In this document: piece by piece, positions 63,679-64,000 of the stretch
Position numbering within the stretch: the stretch's first letter is position 1
How the letters are laid out: every line of letters starts with the position of its first letter
Assembly (NCBI GenBank): GCA_903813345.2
Contig: CAIIXF020000001.1
Coordinates: 43,400,001 to 43,464,000 of the forward strand
Origin: Owenia fusiformis
Lineage: Eukaryota
Length of the DNA: 64,000 nt
Direction of reading: 5' to 3'
The notes under the pieces: generated by a model
The model's input: only the letters and a program-made list of their open reading frames with translations
Databases searched by the model: none
What the model was told of the DNA's origin: nothing
Made by a program: the position numbers and the translations under genes

Positions 63679-64000
63679 GTACATACATACAATATGTTAA
63701 GGTATTTTATAGTATCCAGACCTGCCAACCTCAAATGAAAAATTAGTGGGAGATTTAAAAAAAAATTGTGGTACTTTTTATGGGAGATTTTTCCCAAATC
63801 TGGTATCTGAGTGTTGAACTTTGATAACTGAAGTTCTCATTTAGAGGGTTCTTGCTGTATTACTCTACAAGGAATTCTACAGATCATTTAAATATCTCTT
63901 GTAGCCTTACATTATTTATGGATTTGATTTTGATTGATTGAAGTACACTATGTGTAGGAGAACAAAAGCATTTACTGTTGATAGATTTCACTACAGAGAA

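Noticed and set aside
55505..64000. First coding (SAM) exon of the Ack-like kinase
   Set aside because: No minus-strand segment with a SAM-like translation and a phase-1 donor was recognised. It is presumed to lie beyond the window.

Overview
AT-rich, intron-containing animal DNA, from a bilaterian invertebrate and probably a lophotrochozoan (inference). Three spliced host genes can be reconstructed from GT-AG boundaries with consistent phases. They are the 3' two-thirds of TAF5L (+, 9447-19094), a complete TMEM47/vab-9-like claudin-superfamily gene (+, 22065-33556) and an Ack-like/PR2 tyrosine kinase (-, 39140-55504, first exon not found). Passengers on the strand opposite their probable hosts are an intronless class-A GPCR and SLC22 exons upstream of the first visible TAF5L exon, an intronless cGAS-like (Mab-21/cGLR) nucleotidyltransferase with a frameshift inside a kinase intron, and a THAP-domain Kolobok-type transposase at the window end. 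The most unusual structure is a 17-copy, 96-bp tandem array made of the TAF5L 3' splice acceptor plus the first ~82 nt of its exon. It gives about 20 candidate acceptors and carries a Tc1/mariner MITE and a TA-CTG-TA excision-like footprint. A single acceptor-plus-partial-exon duplication also occurs in the kinase gene. Many non-autonomous DNA transposons are present. All identifications come from motif recognition, and no database searches were run.
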